Source of the DNA: Candidatus Latescibacterota bacterium
GTDB taxonomy: Bacteria; Latescibacterota; UBA2968; UBA8231
Assembly (NCBI GenBank): GCA_964291625.2
Contig: OZ220089.1
Span: 640,001-704,000 of the forward strand
Reading direction: 5' to 3'
Length of the DNA: 64,000 nucleotides
This document shows, in pieces, positions 13,929 to 23,787 of this stretch; within the stretch, counting starts at the first letter, position 1, and the number at the start of each line of letters is the position of its first letter. The position numbers and the translations under genes are program-made. The notes beneath the pieces were generated by a model. The model saw only the letters and a program-made list of their open reading frames with translations. It did not search any database and was not told the DNA's origin.

Positions 13929-16076
13929 ATGTCCGTCAAGCTCCGTCAGGCGCTCGGGTCCGCCGTTCTGGCCGGGCTCCTGCTGCTGCCCTTCGCCGCC
14001 CGGCTCTACCGGGAGAGCCCGCCACCGTCGCCGCCGCCGCCACCACCGCTTCCGGCTCTGACGGCGCCCTCCGAGGTGGTGGTCCTGATCCGCCGCCACC
14101 GCTACGAGGAAGCCTACGCCTCCCTTCGCAGGTCCGGCCCCCCGGCGGACCCGGCCCCCGCCACCCTCTACCAGTTCCGCCTGGCCGTGTGCGAGCGCGC
14201 CCTGGGGTTGGCCGACAGCGCCCATGCGCGCCTGCTGCGCCTCGAGGGCCGGCGCCCCGAGATCGAGGCCTACCGCCGTCTGTGGCTGGCCCACACCCTG
14301 CAGTCGCTGGACCGGCGGGAGGAGGCGATCGCAGGCTATGAAGCGCTGCTCGTGGAGGGCGGCAACGAGGCCGTGGCCGACTCCGCCCGCCTCTACCTGG
14401 CCCGGCTCTTCGTGGCCGGCGGGGACCACCGCAGGGCCCTCGCCCTCTACCGCGCTCAGCGCGCCGCCGTGGGTCCCAGCGCGCCGCTGCTGCACAGCAT
14501 CGCCGAGGGGCTGAAGCGCAGCGGCGACGAGGCGGGGCACCGCGAGACCTTGATGGAGCTGATGGAGCGCTACGCCGCCAGCCGCATGGCCCTCCGGGTG
14601 GCGGCGCGCTTTCGGCCGCGCACCATCGACGAGCGTTACACCCGGGCCCAGGTCTACGCCCGCCACGGGGACGACCGTGCCATCTCCGACCTGCAGCAGG
14701 TGGTCCGCAACGCCCCGGGCCACGACCTGGCCCCCCACGCCGCCTACGCCCTAGGCCGCGCCCTGGGGCGCTCCGGACAGTTCGACCGCGCCCGGGCGAC
14801 CTACAGGCGCCTGTACGACGACCACGGCTGGGCCCCCGCCCTCTACCGGATCGCCGGACTCGACGTCCGCGCCGGCCGCGACCAGGAGGCGATCGAGGCC
14901 TACATGGACCTCTCGCGGAAACATCCGCGCCACGCCCTCGCCGACGACGCCCTGTGGCAGGCCGCCAAGGCCGCCGAGCGCAAGGGCCACTTCGAGCGCG
15001 CCGGCAGCATCCACGCCGAGCTGGCCAGTCGGTTCCCCTCGAGCGAGCACGCCGAGGACGCCTCCTGGGGGGCCGGGTTCAGCCTCTACTGCCGGGAGCG
15101 GTTCGAGGAGGCCGCCGCCGGGTTCGCCGAGCTGAGCCGCAAGGCCCGCCAGCCGCACCTGGTAGACCAGAGCCTCTACTGGGCCGGCAAGAGCGCCTGG
15201 CGCCTGGGCCGGGAGGACGAGGCCGGCGGCCACTTCACCGACGCGGCCCTCGGCTTTCCGCGCTCGTACTACTCGGCGCGCGCCGTGAGCCTCGGCTACG
15301 GCGAGGCCCGCCTGCCGGCCCCGGTCCTGGTGTCGAAGGCGCCGGCCCGCGGCGTTCTGCGGGAGGTCGATCACCTGCGGCGGGCCCTGTCCCTCGGCGA
15401 GCTGGGCCTGGCCTCCACCGCCGAGCGCGAGCTGCGCCTGGCGGAGCGGGCCAACGAGGGAGAGAGGGGGGCCCTGCGGGTCCTGCGCGAGGCCTACGAG
15501 TCGCTGGGGCTGCACACGCGCGCCATGCAGCTGACGGCGCGGATCGGCGACGGCGGCGGCAACACCACCCGCCTCTATCCGAGCTACTACTGGGAGGAGG
15601 TCGAGGCCGCCTCGAAGAAGGCCCAGGTCGACCCCTTCCTGGTGCTGTCGGTGATCCGCCAGGAGAGCTTCTTCAACGAGTCCGCCGTCTCCCGGGCCGG
15701 CGCCGTGGGCCTGATGCAGATCATGCCCAAGACGGGCCGCAAGCTCGCCCGCCGCTTCGGCCTGCAGCCGTTCCACCGGCGCCAGCTCTTCGACCCCGGA
15801 CTGTCGATCCAGCTCGGAACCCGCTACCTGGCCGACCAGATGCGCGCCTTCGAGAACGCCGGCGGCGGCGGGCTCCGGTTCCAGCTCGGTCTGGCCGCCT
15901 ACAACGCCGGACCTCACGTGGCCAGGCGCTGGGTGGAGCGCTTCCCCCTCGAGGACGAGGACGTCTTCGTGGAGCGCATCCCCTACCGCGAGACCCGGCT
16001 CTACGTGAAGAAGGTCCTCAAGAGCTACACCATCTACAAGGCTCTCCACCGGAGCCGGGACGCCGACAGGGCATGA
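13929..16076 (+). CDS. soluble lytic transglycosylase (Slt70-like, TPR + SLT domain)
   Basis: TPR-like helices followed by IRQES, GAVGLMQIMP, AAYNAG, IPYRETRLYVKKV. Confidence 0.9.
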   Translation: MSVKLRQALGSAVLAGLLLLPFAARLYRESPPPSPPPPPPLPALTAPSEVVVLIRRHRYEEAYASLRRSGPPADPAPATLYQFRLAVCERALGLADSAHARLLRLEGRRPEIEAYRRLWLAHTLQSLDRREEAIAGYEALLVEGGNEAVADSARLYLARLFVAGGDHRRALALYRAQRAAVGPSAPLLHSIAEGLKRSGDEAGHRETLMELMERYAASRMALRVAARFRPRTIDERYTRAQVYARHGDDRAISDLQQVVRNAPGHDLAPHAAYALGRALGRSGQFDRARATYRRLYDDHGWAPALYRIAGLDVRAGRDQEAIEAYMDLSRKHPRHALADDALWQAAKAAERKGHFERAGSIHAELASRFPSSEHAEDASWGAGFSLYCRERFEEAAAGFAELSRKARQPHLVDQSLYWAGKSAWRLGREDEAGGHFTDAALGFPRSYYSARAVSLGYGEARLPAPVLVSKAPARGVLREVDHLRRALSLGELGLASTAERELRLAERANEGERGALRVLREAYESLGLHTRAMQLTARIGDGGGNTTRLYPSYYWEEVEAASKKAQVDPFLVLSVIRQESFFNESAVSRAGAVGLMQIMPKTGRKLARRFGLQPFHRRQLFDPGLSIQLGTRYLADQMRAFENAGGGGLRFQLGLAAYNAGPHVARRWVERFPLEDEDVFVERIPYRETRLYVKKVLKSYTIYKALHRSRDADRA

Positions 16077-16303
16077 TCCCCTCCCCTTCCGATCCGCAGA
16101 AGCCCGACCCCGGCCGCCGGGGCCGCCTCGCGGAGGACATCTTCATCCTCCTCTGCATCCTGAGCCTGTGGCCGGTGATCCTCGGCTGGAGCCACCCGGC
16201 CTTCGAGTTCCTGCTCTACGCCGCCCTGGCGGGGCTGGTCCTCATCCTCGTCCGGCGCGTGCGCCGCTTCACCCAGGCCCGCCGCGAGGCCGACGGGGAC
16301 TGA
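16073..16303 (+). CDS. small two-TM membrane protein
   Basis: ATG overlaps the slt stop (ATGA); two hydrophobic segments; host-like codon usage. Confidence 0.65.
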   Translation: MIPSPSDPQKPDPGRRGRLAEDIFILLCILSLWPVILGWSHPAFEFLLYAALAGLVLILVRRVRRFTQARREADGD

Positions 16304-16307
16304 CCCT

Positions 16308-16946
16308 TCAGAACCACTCCCCGGCCGCGTAGAGACCCCCCAGAAGCAGGACCACGAAGAGCACGGCCAGCAGGTCGAAGCGGCGGTCGATGAAGTCGCG
16401 CACCGGCTCGCCGTACTTCCACAGCAGCCCGGCCACCAGGAAGAACCGCGCCGACCGGCTCACCAGCGAAGCGCTGACGAAGACCGGGAAGGAGATGTCG
16501 AAGGCCCCGGCCGAGATGGTGATCACCTTGTAGGGCAGGGGCGTGAAGCCGGCGGTGAAGACGACCCAGAACCCCCAGCTCCCGTACTGGGCCTGGACGC
16601 GCTCGAACTTCTCCACGGTGAAGCCCGGGACGCGGTCGAAGAAGAGCTGGGCCACCTGGGACAGCTCCCCCGGCCCCGCCCACCACAGCCAGTGGCCGAT
16701 GCCGTACCCGGCGATGCCGCCGAGGACGGAGGCGGCCGAGGCGATGAGGGCGAAGCGCCAGGCCCGGCTGCGGGCGCCCAGGACCATGGCGATGAGGAAG
16801 GCGTCGGGCGGGATCGGGAAGACCGAGGACTCGAAGAAGGCCCAGAGGAACAGGACGAGGCCGCCGTATGGGGTCCCGGACCAGCCCAGAAGGCCGTCGT
16901 AGAGGCGCCGGAGGGGACCGGCCCGCGAGGTCCGCCCATCAGCCAC
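16308..16946 (-). CDS. YqaA/DedA (VTT domain) membrane protein
   Basis: AFFESSVFPIPPD, AGFTPLPYKVITISAG, SRSARFF. Confidence 0.9.
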   Translation of the reverse strand: MADGRTSRAGPLRRLYDGLLGWSGTPYGGLVLFLWAFFESSVFPIPPDAFLIAMVLGARSRAWRFALIASAASVLGGIAGYGIGHWLWWAGPGELSQVAQLFFDRVPGFTVEKFERVQAQYGSWGFWVVFTAGFTPLPYKVITISAGAFDISFPVFVSASLVSRSARFFLVAGLLWKYGEPVRDFIDRRFDLLAVLFVVLLLGGLYAAGEWF

Positions 16947-18075
16947 CGAGCCAGCCCTCCGTGCGGAAGTGCCCGCGCCGGCGCCCCTCCCACCCGAGGC
17001 GGGCGATGACCTTGCGGTCGGCCCGCGGCATGGCGTAGCCGTCGAGGCCGCCCGGCGAGACCCAGGCCCAGTCGGCGCAGCCGAGGGCGCGGACCCGGCC
17101 GCCGAGGCAGCGGGCGGCGAAGGCGTGGAGCCGGATCGAGCGGTGCGAGTAATCGTGGTCGACGACCGTCAGGGGGCGCTCCACCTCGATGTCGAGGGCC
17201 AGCTCCTCCCGGACCTCCCGGCGCAGGCAGGCGGGCAGGCTCTCCCCCGGCTCCTGCTTGCCGCCGGGGAACTCCCACATCCCCGCGAGCATGCCGCCGG
17301 GCGGGCGCTGGGCCAGCAGCAGGCGGTTCCCCCGGCGGATCAGGCCCGCCGCCACCTCCAGGTGGGGCCGCGGCCGGCGCTCCGGCCGCACGGGCAGCGC
17401 CGACGGGTCGTCCAGCTCGGACCGGGCGCGGCAGTCGCCCCCCCACGGGCAGTCGCCGCAGCGCGGGCTCGACGGCGTGCAGACGCGGCCTCCCAACTCC
17501 ATCAGGGCCTGGTTGAACTCCCCCGGGCGGGACCTCGGCATGAGGGCCTCGCCGGCGGCGATCAGCCGGGCCCGCACCGAGGCGCGCGCCGGGTCGTCCT
17601 CGACCCGCAGGAGCCGGCAGAGGAGGCGGGTCACGTTGCCGTCGAGCACGGGATGGGGCCGGTCGAAGGCGATGGAGCTGACCGCCGCCGCCGTGTACGG
17701 TCCGACCCCGGGCAGGTCGAGGAGGCCGTCGTAGGTGTCGGGCAGCCGGCCGCCGTGCTCCCCGGCGACGGCGCGAGCCGCCCGGTGCAGGTTGCGGGCC
17801 CGGGAGTAGTAGCCCATCCCCTCCCACGCCTTGAGGACCTCGCCCTCGCCGGCGGCGGCCAGGGCCTCGACCGTCGGGAAGCGCTCCAGGAAGCGCTCGT
17901 AGTACCCCCGCGCCGTCTCCACCCGGGTCTGCTGCAGCATCACCTCCGAGACCCAGACCGCGTACGGGTCCGCCGTGCGGCGCCAAGGCAGGTCGCGGCG
18001 GTGGCGGCGGTACCAGGCCAGCAGCCGCCGCCTCAGGCCGGCGCGCCGGCGGGCGTCTCCGAGGTCGCCGGTCAC
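16939..18075 (-). CDS. mutY: A/G-specific adenine glycosylase with C-terminal NUDIX-like domain
   Basis: WVSEVMLQQT, GMGYYSRARNL, LPGVGPYTA, CTPSSPRCGDCPWGGDC Fe-S motif, WEFPGGK. Confidence 0.97.
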   Translation of the reverse strand: MTGDLGDARRRAGLRRRLLAWYRRHRRDLPWRRTADPYAVWVSEVMLQQTRVETARGYYERFLERFPTVEALAAAGEGEVLKAWEGMGYYSRARNLHRAARAVAGEHGGRLPDTYDGLLDLPGVGPYTAAAVSSIAFDRPHPVLDGNVTRLLCRLLRVEDDPARASVRARLIAAGEALMPRSRPGEFNQALMELGGRVCTPSSPRCGDCPWGGDCRARSELDDPSALPVRPERRPRPHLEVAAGLIRRGNRLLLAQRPPGGMLAGMWEFPGGKQEPGESLPACLRREVREELALDIEVERPLTVVDHDYSHRSIRLHAFAARCLGGRVRALGCADWAWVSPGGLDGYAMPRADRKVIARLGWEGRRRGHFRTEGWLGG

Positions 18076-19082
18076 CGGTCCGCTCCCAGGCGATCGGCGG
18101 GCAGGGGCGGGGAGCCGTCGAGGGAGGGCTGATCGCTGGCCGCCACCACGGCGTTGAGGACGGCTTCCTCGCAGCTCTCGGCGGCGGCGGCGAACAGCTC
18201 CGGCAGCTCTCCCTCGGCGGTAGCGGCCGCCGTCACCGCTCCCGGTCCGGCCGGGGTGTCGTCGCGCAGCGCCGTGGTGGACAGGGCGAGGATGGTGCCG
18301 CCGGAGGTGTTCCCGTCGAGCAGCCCCACCCGTACCAGGCCGAAGGAGGCCCGCGAGGCCAGGCGGTCGAGCTGGACCGGCAGCAGGGGGGCGTCGGTGG
18401 CGACCACGGCGGCGAAGGTGCGGCGCCGCTCCGGCGCCAGGGGCTCCAACCCAAGCCGCGGGCCGACGCGCTCGCCGTCGACGGTCAGGGACCCCGGCTC
18501 GCCGCCGTTGGCGGCCAGCAGGACGCCCACCACACCGCCGCCGGTCAGCCGCCGCGAGGCGGTGCCGACGCCGGCCCGCGCCCCGAAGGCGGCCAGGCCG
18601 CGGCCGACGCCGGACTGGCCCTCGGCGGGCGGCTCCCCGGAAGCGGCGGAGAGGGCGGCGGCCGCGTGCTCCTCCGTGAGGCCGGCGTGGAGGGACGCCG
18701 CCGGGGCCGGCACGCCGTCCACGGCGATCAGTCCGGGCGGCCAGCCGGCGTCCTCGGGGAGACCCGCGTCGAGTCCGAAGCCGTAGGCCAGCAGGCCGTC
18801 GTAGATCCGTCCGGCGGCCTGGGGCGGGGCCAGCACCAGCGGCGTGGAGAGGGCGCCGAAGTCCTCGGTCATGGCCAGGCCGCCGATCAGCTCGTCGCCG
18901 CCGTCGAGGGACCAGCGGCCGGCGAAGAACCGCCGCGGCGCCCCGGGGAAGGGGACCAGCGCGGTCACGCCGCTCTGGCCTCCCGCCGCGTGCCCCACGC
19001 GCACGCCTGGCACGTCGGTGACCGCGTTTGCGGCGCCCGGCCCCAGGCGGCCGACGGCGAGGCCGAGGTCGCGCAGCCTCAT
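18072..19082 (-). CDS. P1/S58 (DmpA-like) peptidase paralog, degenerate motifs
   Basis: MRLRDLGLAVGRLGPGAANAVTDVPGVRVGH, VVATDAPL; start ATG 19082 overlaps the upstream stop. Confidence 0.8.
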   Translation of the reverse strand: MRLRDLGLAVGRLGPGAANAVTDVPGVRVGHAAGGQSGVTALVPFPGAPRRFFAGRWSLDGGDELIGGLAMTEDFGALSTPLVLAPPQAAGRIYDGLLAYGFGLDAGLPEDAGWPPGLIAVDGVPAPAASLHAGLTEEHAAAALSAASGEPPAEGQSGVGRGLAAFGARAGVGTASRRLTGGGVVGVLLAANGGEPGSLTVDGERVGPRLGLEPLAPERRRTFAAVVATDAPLLPVQLDRLASRASFGLVRVGLLDGNTSGGTILALSTTALRDDTPAGPGAVTAAATAEGELPELFAAAAESCEEAVLNAVVAASDQPSLDGSPPLPADRLGADR

Positions 19083-20323
19083 CCGCCGCTGGCCTCCTCG
19101 TAGCGCTCCATGACCTCGACGAGTTCCTCCAGGGGCAGGCCGTGGATGGTGTTGCCGTCGCGGCCGACCATGGTCCCGGCCGCGGTCAGGGCGTTCAGGA
19201 TCGCCTCCTCGGCGGCCTCCACGACGCCGGCGAAGAGGCGGCTCATGTGGGAGTAGTGCAGGAGCTGGAGCGAGCCCGCCGCCGAGGCCGGATCGTTGCC
19301 GGTGGAGAAGGCGATCACCAGGTCGCCGCTGCCGTGGGTGGAGATCCCCCCGGTGCGGGCCATGCCGACGAGGGCCCGCTTGCACAGACGCTGCAGCTGC
19401 ACAGGGATCAGCGGCGCGTCGGTGGCCGCCACCATGAGCAGCGAGTTGCCGGGGGCCCCGGCCGACGCCGGCGCTCCTCGCTCGGGGAGGCGGTCCGTCA
19501 GCCGGCGTCCCACGGGCACGCCCTTCACCCGCAGCTGCGGCCGGCGGCCGAAGTTCGCCTGCACCAGGAGGCCCACGGTGTACTCGCCGCCGTCGCGGCC
19601 GACGGGGATGCGCCGCGAGGCGGTGCCGATGCCGGCCTTGAACTGGAAGGCGCGCATGCCGGTGCCGCCGCCCACCGAGCCCTCGGCCACCGGCCCGCCC
19701 GAGGCCCCGTCCAGGGCCCTGGCCACGTGGGCGGGGCCCAGGTGGCCGCCGGCGGTGTCGTGCAGGAATCCGGCCCACGTCTCCCCCACCACGGGGTCCG
19801 GCCGGAAAGGGGCGTCGTAGGCGGCCGGATCCTGGTCCAGGGCCCAGCCGACGGCGCCGTCGTACGCGCGGCCGACGCTGCCGGTGTCGGTGAGCAGGAC
19901 GGGGGCGGCCAGGACGCCGGTGCGGCGCACCGGTCCCAGGCCGGTGAGCTCGCCGTTGCCGTTGATCGTCAGGTCGGCGGCGAAGACCGGCCGGCGCCAG
20001 GGCAGGTCCGGGCGGGGCAGGACGGCGGTGACGCCGGTGCGCACGGGACCGCGGCCGACGACGAGGGGGCCCTGCCCCTGGATGAGGGTGACGTGGCCGA
20101 CGCGCACCCCCGGCACGTCGGTGATGGCGTTGGCCGCTCCGGGCGGCAGTTGGCCGATGACGATGCCGAGGTCGCGCAGCCGCGGGCGGGCCGTGGTGCC
20201 CGGGGCCGCCGGCCCAGCCACCGCGGAAGCCAGGCCGGGAGAGGCCACGGCCGGCAGGGCCGCGGCGGTCAGGCCGAGGCCGAGGAACCGCCTCCGCGAG
20301 AGGGCCGGTCCGGGAGGGCTCAC
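19079..20323 (-). CDS. Tat-exported P1/S58 (DmpA-like) aminopeptidase
   Basis: SRRRFLG twin-arginine signal; NAITDVPGVRVGH, NGNGELTG, EGSVGGGTGM, KAGIGTASR, HGSGD. Confidence 0.9.
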   Translation of the reverse strand: MSPPGPALSRRRFLGLGLTAAALPAVASPGLASAVAGPAAPGTTARPRLRDLGIVIGQLPPGAANAITDVPGVRVGHVTLIQGQGPLVVGRGPVRTGVTAVLPRPDLPWRRPVFAADLTINGNGELTGLGPVRRTGVLAAPVLLTDTGSVGRAYDGAVGWALDQDPAAYDAPFRPDPVVGETWAGFLHDTAGGHLGPAHVARALDGASGGPVAEGSVGGGTGMRAFQFKAGIGTASRRIPVGRDGGEYTVGLLVQANFGRRPQLRVKGVPVGRRLTDRLPERGAPASAGAPGNSLLMVAATDAPLIPVQLQRLCKRALVGMARTGGISTHGSGDLVIAFSTGNDPASAAGSLQLLHYSHMSRLFAGVVEAAEEAILNALTAAGTMVGRDGNTIHGLPLEELVEVMERYEEASGG

Positions 20324-21183
20324 GCCTCGCGCTGGTCGGCGATCGCCTTGCACTGGCGCAGGCCGACGCCGGACCGGTCCTCCAGCCCCTTCCAGGCGTA
20401 GGGGTCCTCGCCGCAGATCATGACGATGTCGCGGAAGTCGGCCCGGGCCGGGCTCTCGCCCTCGAGCGGGTGCCACGGCAGCCGCGACCAGGCGTTCATG
20501 TAGTGGTTCACCAGCACGCGGCGGTAGTCGCCGCTGCGGTTCTTCCGCGAGCGGTGCAGCAGGTAGCCGTTGAAGAACACCGCGTCCCCCGTCTTCGCCT
20601 CCACCGGCACCTCCCCGGAGTCGTCGAAGCCGTAGGACTCGGGGGCGCTGTCGAACTCCTCGGGATCGTCGTGGGGGCGCTGGTCGTAGAGGGCCCACTT
20701 GTGGGAGCCGGGGAGCACCCACATGCAGCCGTTCTCGAGGGTGGCGTCGTCGAGGGCGATCCAGCCGCCGGTGAGCGAGCGGTCGCGGGTGGGGATGAAG
20801 ATCTCGTCCTGGTGCCAGGCCTGGCCCTGGAAGCCGGGCGGCTTGACGAAGAGCATGGACTGCATGCACTTCACGTCCGGCCCGATGAGGCGCGACAGGA
20901 CCCGGGCGAGGCCGGCGTGGCGGACGCCGCGGTCGAGCATCACCGGGGAGATCTTGTGGGGCTGGTGGATGCACAGGAACCCGCGCAGCACCTCGTCGTC
21001 GGTCAGCCCCTCCGGCATCGGCTCCAGGCTCGGGTGGGGGTACTCGCCGCGGCAGACGCGCAGGGCGTCGGCGCGCAGCACCTCCACCTCCTCGGGGCTC
21101 ACCAGCCCCGGCACCACGAGGTAGCCCTGCTCGCGATAGGATTGCACGTCGGCGTCGCTCACCAGTCCGTTCTTCATCTCCAA
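20320..21183 (-). CDS. phytanoyl-CoA dioxygenase (PhyH) family Fe/2OG enzyme
   Basis: WHQDE, WIALDDATLENGCMWVLPGSH, HRSRKNRS. Confidence 0.92.
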   Translation of the reverse strand: MEMKNGLVSDADVQSYREQGYLVVPGLVSPEEVEVLRADALRVCRGEYPHPSLEPMPEGLTDDEVLRGFLCIHQPHKISPVMLDRGVRHAGLARVLSRLIGPDVKCMQSMLFVKPPGFQGQAWHQDEIFIPTRDRSLTGGWIALDDATLENGCMWVLPGSHKWALYDQRPHDDPEEFDSAPESYGFDDSGEVPVEAKTGDAVFFNGYLLHRSRKNRSGDYRRVLVNHYMNAWSRLPWHPLEGESPARADFRDIVMICGEDPYAWKGLEDRSGVGLRQCKAIADQREA

Positions 21184-21191
21184 GCTCTCCT

Positions 21192-22280
21192 TCAGGTCTC
21201 CACGGCCTGCGCCACCGCCCGGCCCAGCTCTTCCGTGGTCATGGCGCCGCCGATGTCGGGGGTGCCCGTGCCCGCCTCGGCCAGGACGGCGGCCACGGCC
21301 GCGTCGATGCGGGAGGCGGCGGCCCGGGCTTCGTCGTCGTCGTGGCGGTCTCCCAACCAGCGCAGCATCATCGCCGCCGAGAGGATGGCGGCCACCGGGT
21401 TGGCGATCCCCCGGCCGGCGATGTCGGGCGCCGTGCCGTGGGAGGGCTGGAAGACGGCGGCCTCCTCGCCGATGTCGCCGGAAGGGGCCATGCCGAGGCC
21501 GCCGATGAGGCCGGCGCCGAGGTCGGAGAGAATGTCGCCGTACATGTTCTCGGTGACCATCACGTCCCAGCTCTCCGGCTGGCGCACGAGGTAGAGGGCC
21601 ATGGCGTCCACGTAGGCGTGGCCGGCGTCGACGTCGAAGCCGGCGGCCACCTCGTCGAAGACCTGGCGGAAGAACGCCATGGAGCGGAAGACGTTCGCCT
21701 TGTCCACCAGGGTAACGCCGGCGGGGCGGTCGCCGCGGCGCCCCTCGAGCCGCTCGGAGCGGCGCTGCAGGGCCAGGCCGAAGGCGTAGCGGGAGATGCG
21801 CTCCGAGCCGGAGCGGGTGATCACCATGGTGTCCACGGCGGTCTCCTCGCGCAGCCGCACGCCGCCGTTCATCGAGGCGAAGAGGCCCTCCACGTTCTCG
21901 CGGAGGATGACGAAGTCGATGTCGCCGGCGCCGTAGCCCTTCAGCGGGCAGTGGTGGGCGGCGTGGAGGTAGATGGGCCGCACGCCGGCGTAGAGGTCGA
22001 GGAGGATGCGCAGGTCGATCTGGGGCCGCATCTCGGTGCCGTCGGGCCAGCGCACGTCGGGCAGACCCATCGCTCCGAGGATGACGGCGTCGGCCCGCCG
22101 GCAGGCATCCACCGTGGACTCCGGCAGGGGATCGCCCTGGTCCAGGTAGCAGCCGGCGCCGCAGGGATGCTCGGTGTACCTCAGCTCCGGCCCTCCGGCC
22201 GCGTCCAGCACGCGCTGAGCCTCGGCCACGACCTCCGGGGCGATGCCGTCCCCCGGCAGGACGGCGATCTCGTAGGCCAT
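21192..22280 (-). CDS. isocitrate/isopropylmalate/tartrate dehydrogenase family protein
   Basis: IAVLPGDGIAPEV, LRENVEG, DKANV, ENMYGDILSD, HGTAPDIAGRGIANP. Confidence 0.9.
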   Translation of the reverse strand: MAYEIAVLPGDGIAPEVVAEAQRVLDAAGGPELRYTEHPCGAGCYLDQGDPLPESTVDACRRADAVILGAMGLPDVRWPDGTEMRPQIDLRILLDLYAGVRPIYLHAAHHCPLKGYGAGDIDFVILRENVEGLFASMNGGVRLREETAVDTMVITRSGSERISRYAFGLALQRRSERLEGRRGDRPAGVTLVDKANVFRSMAFFRQVFDEVAAGFDVDAGHAYVDAMALYLVRQPESWDVMVTENMYGDILSDLGAGLIGGLGMAPSGDIGEEAAVFQPSHGTAPDIAGRGIANPVAAILSAAMMLRWLGDRHDDDEARAAASRIDAAVAAVLAEAGTGTPDIGGAMTTEELGRAVAQAVET

Positions 22281-22285
22281 CGCCC

Positions 22286-23551
22286 TCAGCTCCAGAGCCG
22301 GTCGCTGGAGGTCTCGGAGTTCCAACCCACGGTGGGCCCGAAGGGCTCCCCCGCCTCCGGATCGGCGAACTCGCGCAGCACCTCCTCGTTCAGGCCCTCG
22401 AAGCCGAGGCCCGGCGTCTCGGGCACGGCGATGTGGCCGTCCTCGATCAGCGGCACGGGCAGGCCCGTCACCAGGCTGCTCCAGCGCTCCAGGTCGTCCA
22501 CCGAGTGGTTCTCGAGGACGAGGAAGTTCTCCGTCGCCGCCGCCGCCTGCACCGAGGCCATGGCCGCCACCGGGCTCATGGCCATGTGCAGGGCCATGGC
22601 GATGCCGGCGTCCTGGGCGGCGTCGCCGATCTTCTTGGTCTCCAGGATGCCGCCCGACGAGGCCAGGTCCGGGTGGGCCACGGCGATGGCGCGGCGGCCG
22701 AAGAGGTCGGCGAAGCCCTCCTTCAAGTAGATGTCCTCGCCGGTGCAGACCGGCGTCTCCACCGACTCCGAGAGCCGCTGGTACTGGTCGGCGAGCTGCC
22801 ACGGGATCATGTCCTCGTACCAGGCGAGGCTGAACTGGTCCAGGGCGCGGCCCAGGCGGATGCACGACTCCAGGCCGAGGTGGCCGAAGTGGTCGGCCGC
22901 CAGGGGCACCTCGTAGCCGGTCTCCTCGCGCACGGCGGCGACGTACTCGCACAGCAGGCCGATCCCCCTCTCGGTGATCTGGATGCCGGTGAAGGGGTGC
23001 ATGACGGTGGTCGACTCCAGCATGCCCGGCGGCGCGATGACGCAGTCGGACCGCCCGCGCAGGGTCCTCAGCCCGATGTCCATCTTGAGGAAGGCGAAGC
23101 CGTCCTCCATGCGCTGCCGCAGGCGGCGGCCCATCTCGCGGCCGTCGTCGACGGTGGGAGTGTCGCAGTAGCACAGGACCTTGTCGCGGAAGCGGCCCCC
23201 CGCCAGTTGGTACGCTGGCACGCCGTAGGCCCGCCCCGCCAGGTCCATGAGGGCCATCTCCACGGCGCAGACGCCGCCGGCCTGGCGGGCGTGGTGGCCG
23301 AACTGCTTGATCCGCCGGAAGAGGCGGTCCACGTCGCAGGGGTTCTGCCCGAGGAGGCGGCTCTTGAGCATGAGGGCGTACGTGGGGCTGCCGCCGTCGC
23401 GGACCTCGCCGTACCCGGAGATCCCCTGGTCGGTGTCGATGCGGATGAGGGTGGAGTGGAACGGCGCCCCCTTGAGGCGGGCGACGCGCAGGTCGGTGAT
23501 CCTCAGGCTCGACGGGCGGGAGGCGGTGTGGACGTTGGCTTCCGGGCTCAC
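22286..23551 (-). CDS. mandelate racemase/muconate lactonizing enzyme family (enolase superfamily)
   Basis: GTG 23551; RIDTDQGISGYGE, EMALMDLAG, FLKMDIG, WYED, TGED, HPDLASSGG. Confidence 0.9.
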   Translation of the reverse strand: MSPEANVHTASRPSSLRITDLRVARLKGAPFHSTLIRIDTDQGISGYGEVRDGGSPTYALMLKSRLLGQNPCDVDRLFRRIKQFGHHARQAGGVCAVEMALMDLAGRAYGVPAYQLAGGRFRDKVLCYCDTPTVDDGREMGRRLRQRMEDGFAFLKMDIGLRTLRGRSDCVIAPPGMLESTTVMHPFTGIQITERGIGLLCEYVAAVREETGYEVPLAADHFGHLGLESCIRLGRALDQFSLAWYEDMIPWQLADQYQRLSESVETPVCTGEDIYLKEGFADLFGRRAIAVAHPDLASSGGILETKKIGDAAQDAGIAMALHMAMSPVAAMASVQAAAATENFLVLENHSVDDLERWSSLVTGLPVPLIEDGHIAVPETPGLGFEGLNEEVLREFADPEAGEPFGPTVGWNSETSSDRLWS

Positions 23552-23787
23552 GTGGGGTTCCTGGCGGGTGTCGGTGAAGAAGAGGCTGGGCGGCGCTTCG
23601 AAGCGGGATAGGGTAGCCGGGGGCCGGGGCGGGCGCAACGCGGAGGGCACGACCACTTGCCGCCCGGCGCGATGCGGGGTTCTCCATCCACCGTTATCTT
23701 TCGCAGGCCTGCCTCCCCTCCCAGGACAGACCCTCTGGCTCGCTCCCCGGCGGGACGGTGACCAGCCTCACAACTGAAGCTCATACC

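Noticed and set aside
18072-23687. Apparent long fusions (568, 631 and 831 aa ORFs on the minus strand)
   Set aside because: Upstream parts are Arg/Pro-rich shadow frames of the preceding genes; real starts are 19082, 20323 and 22280.
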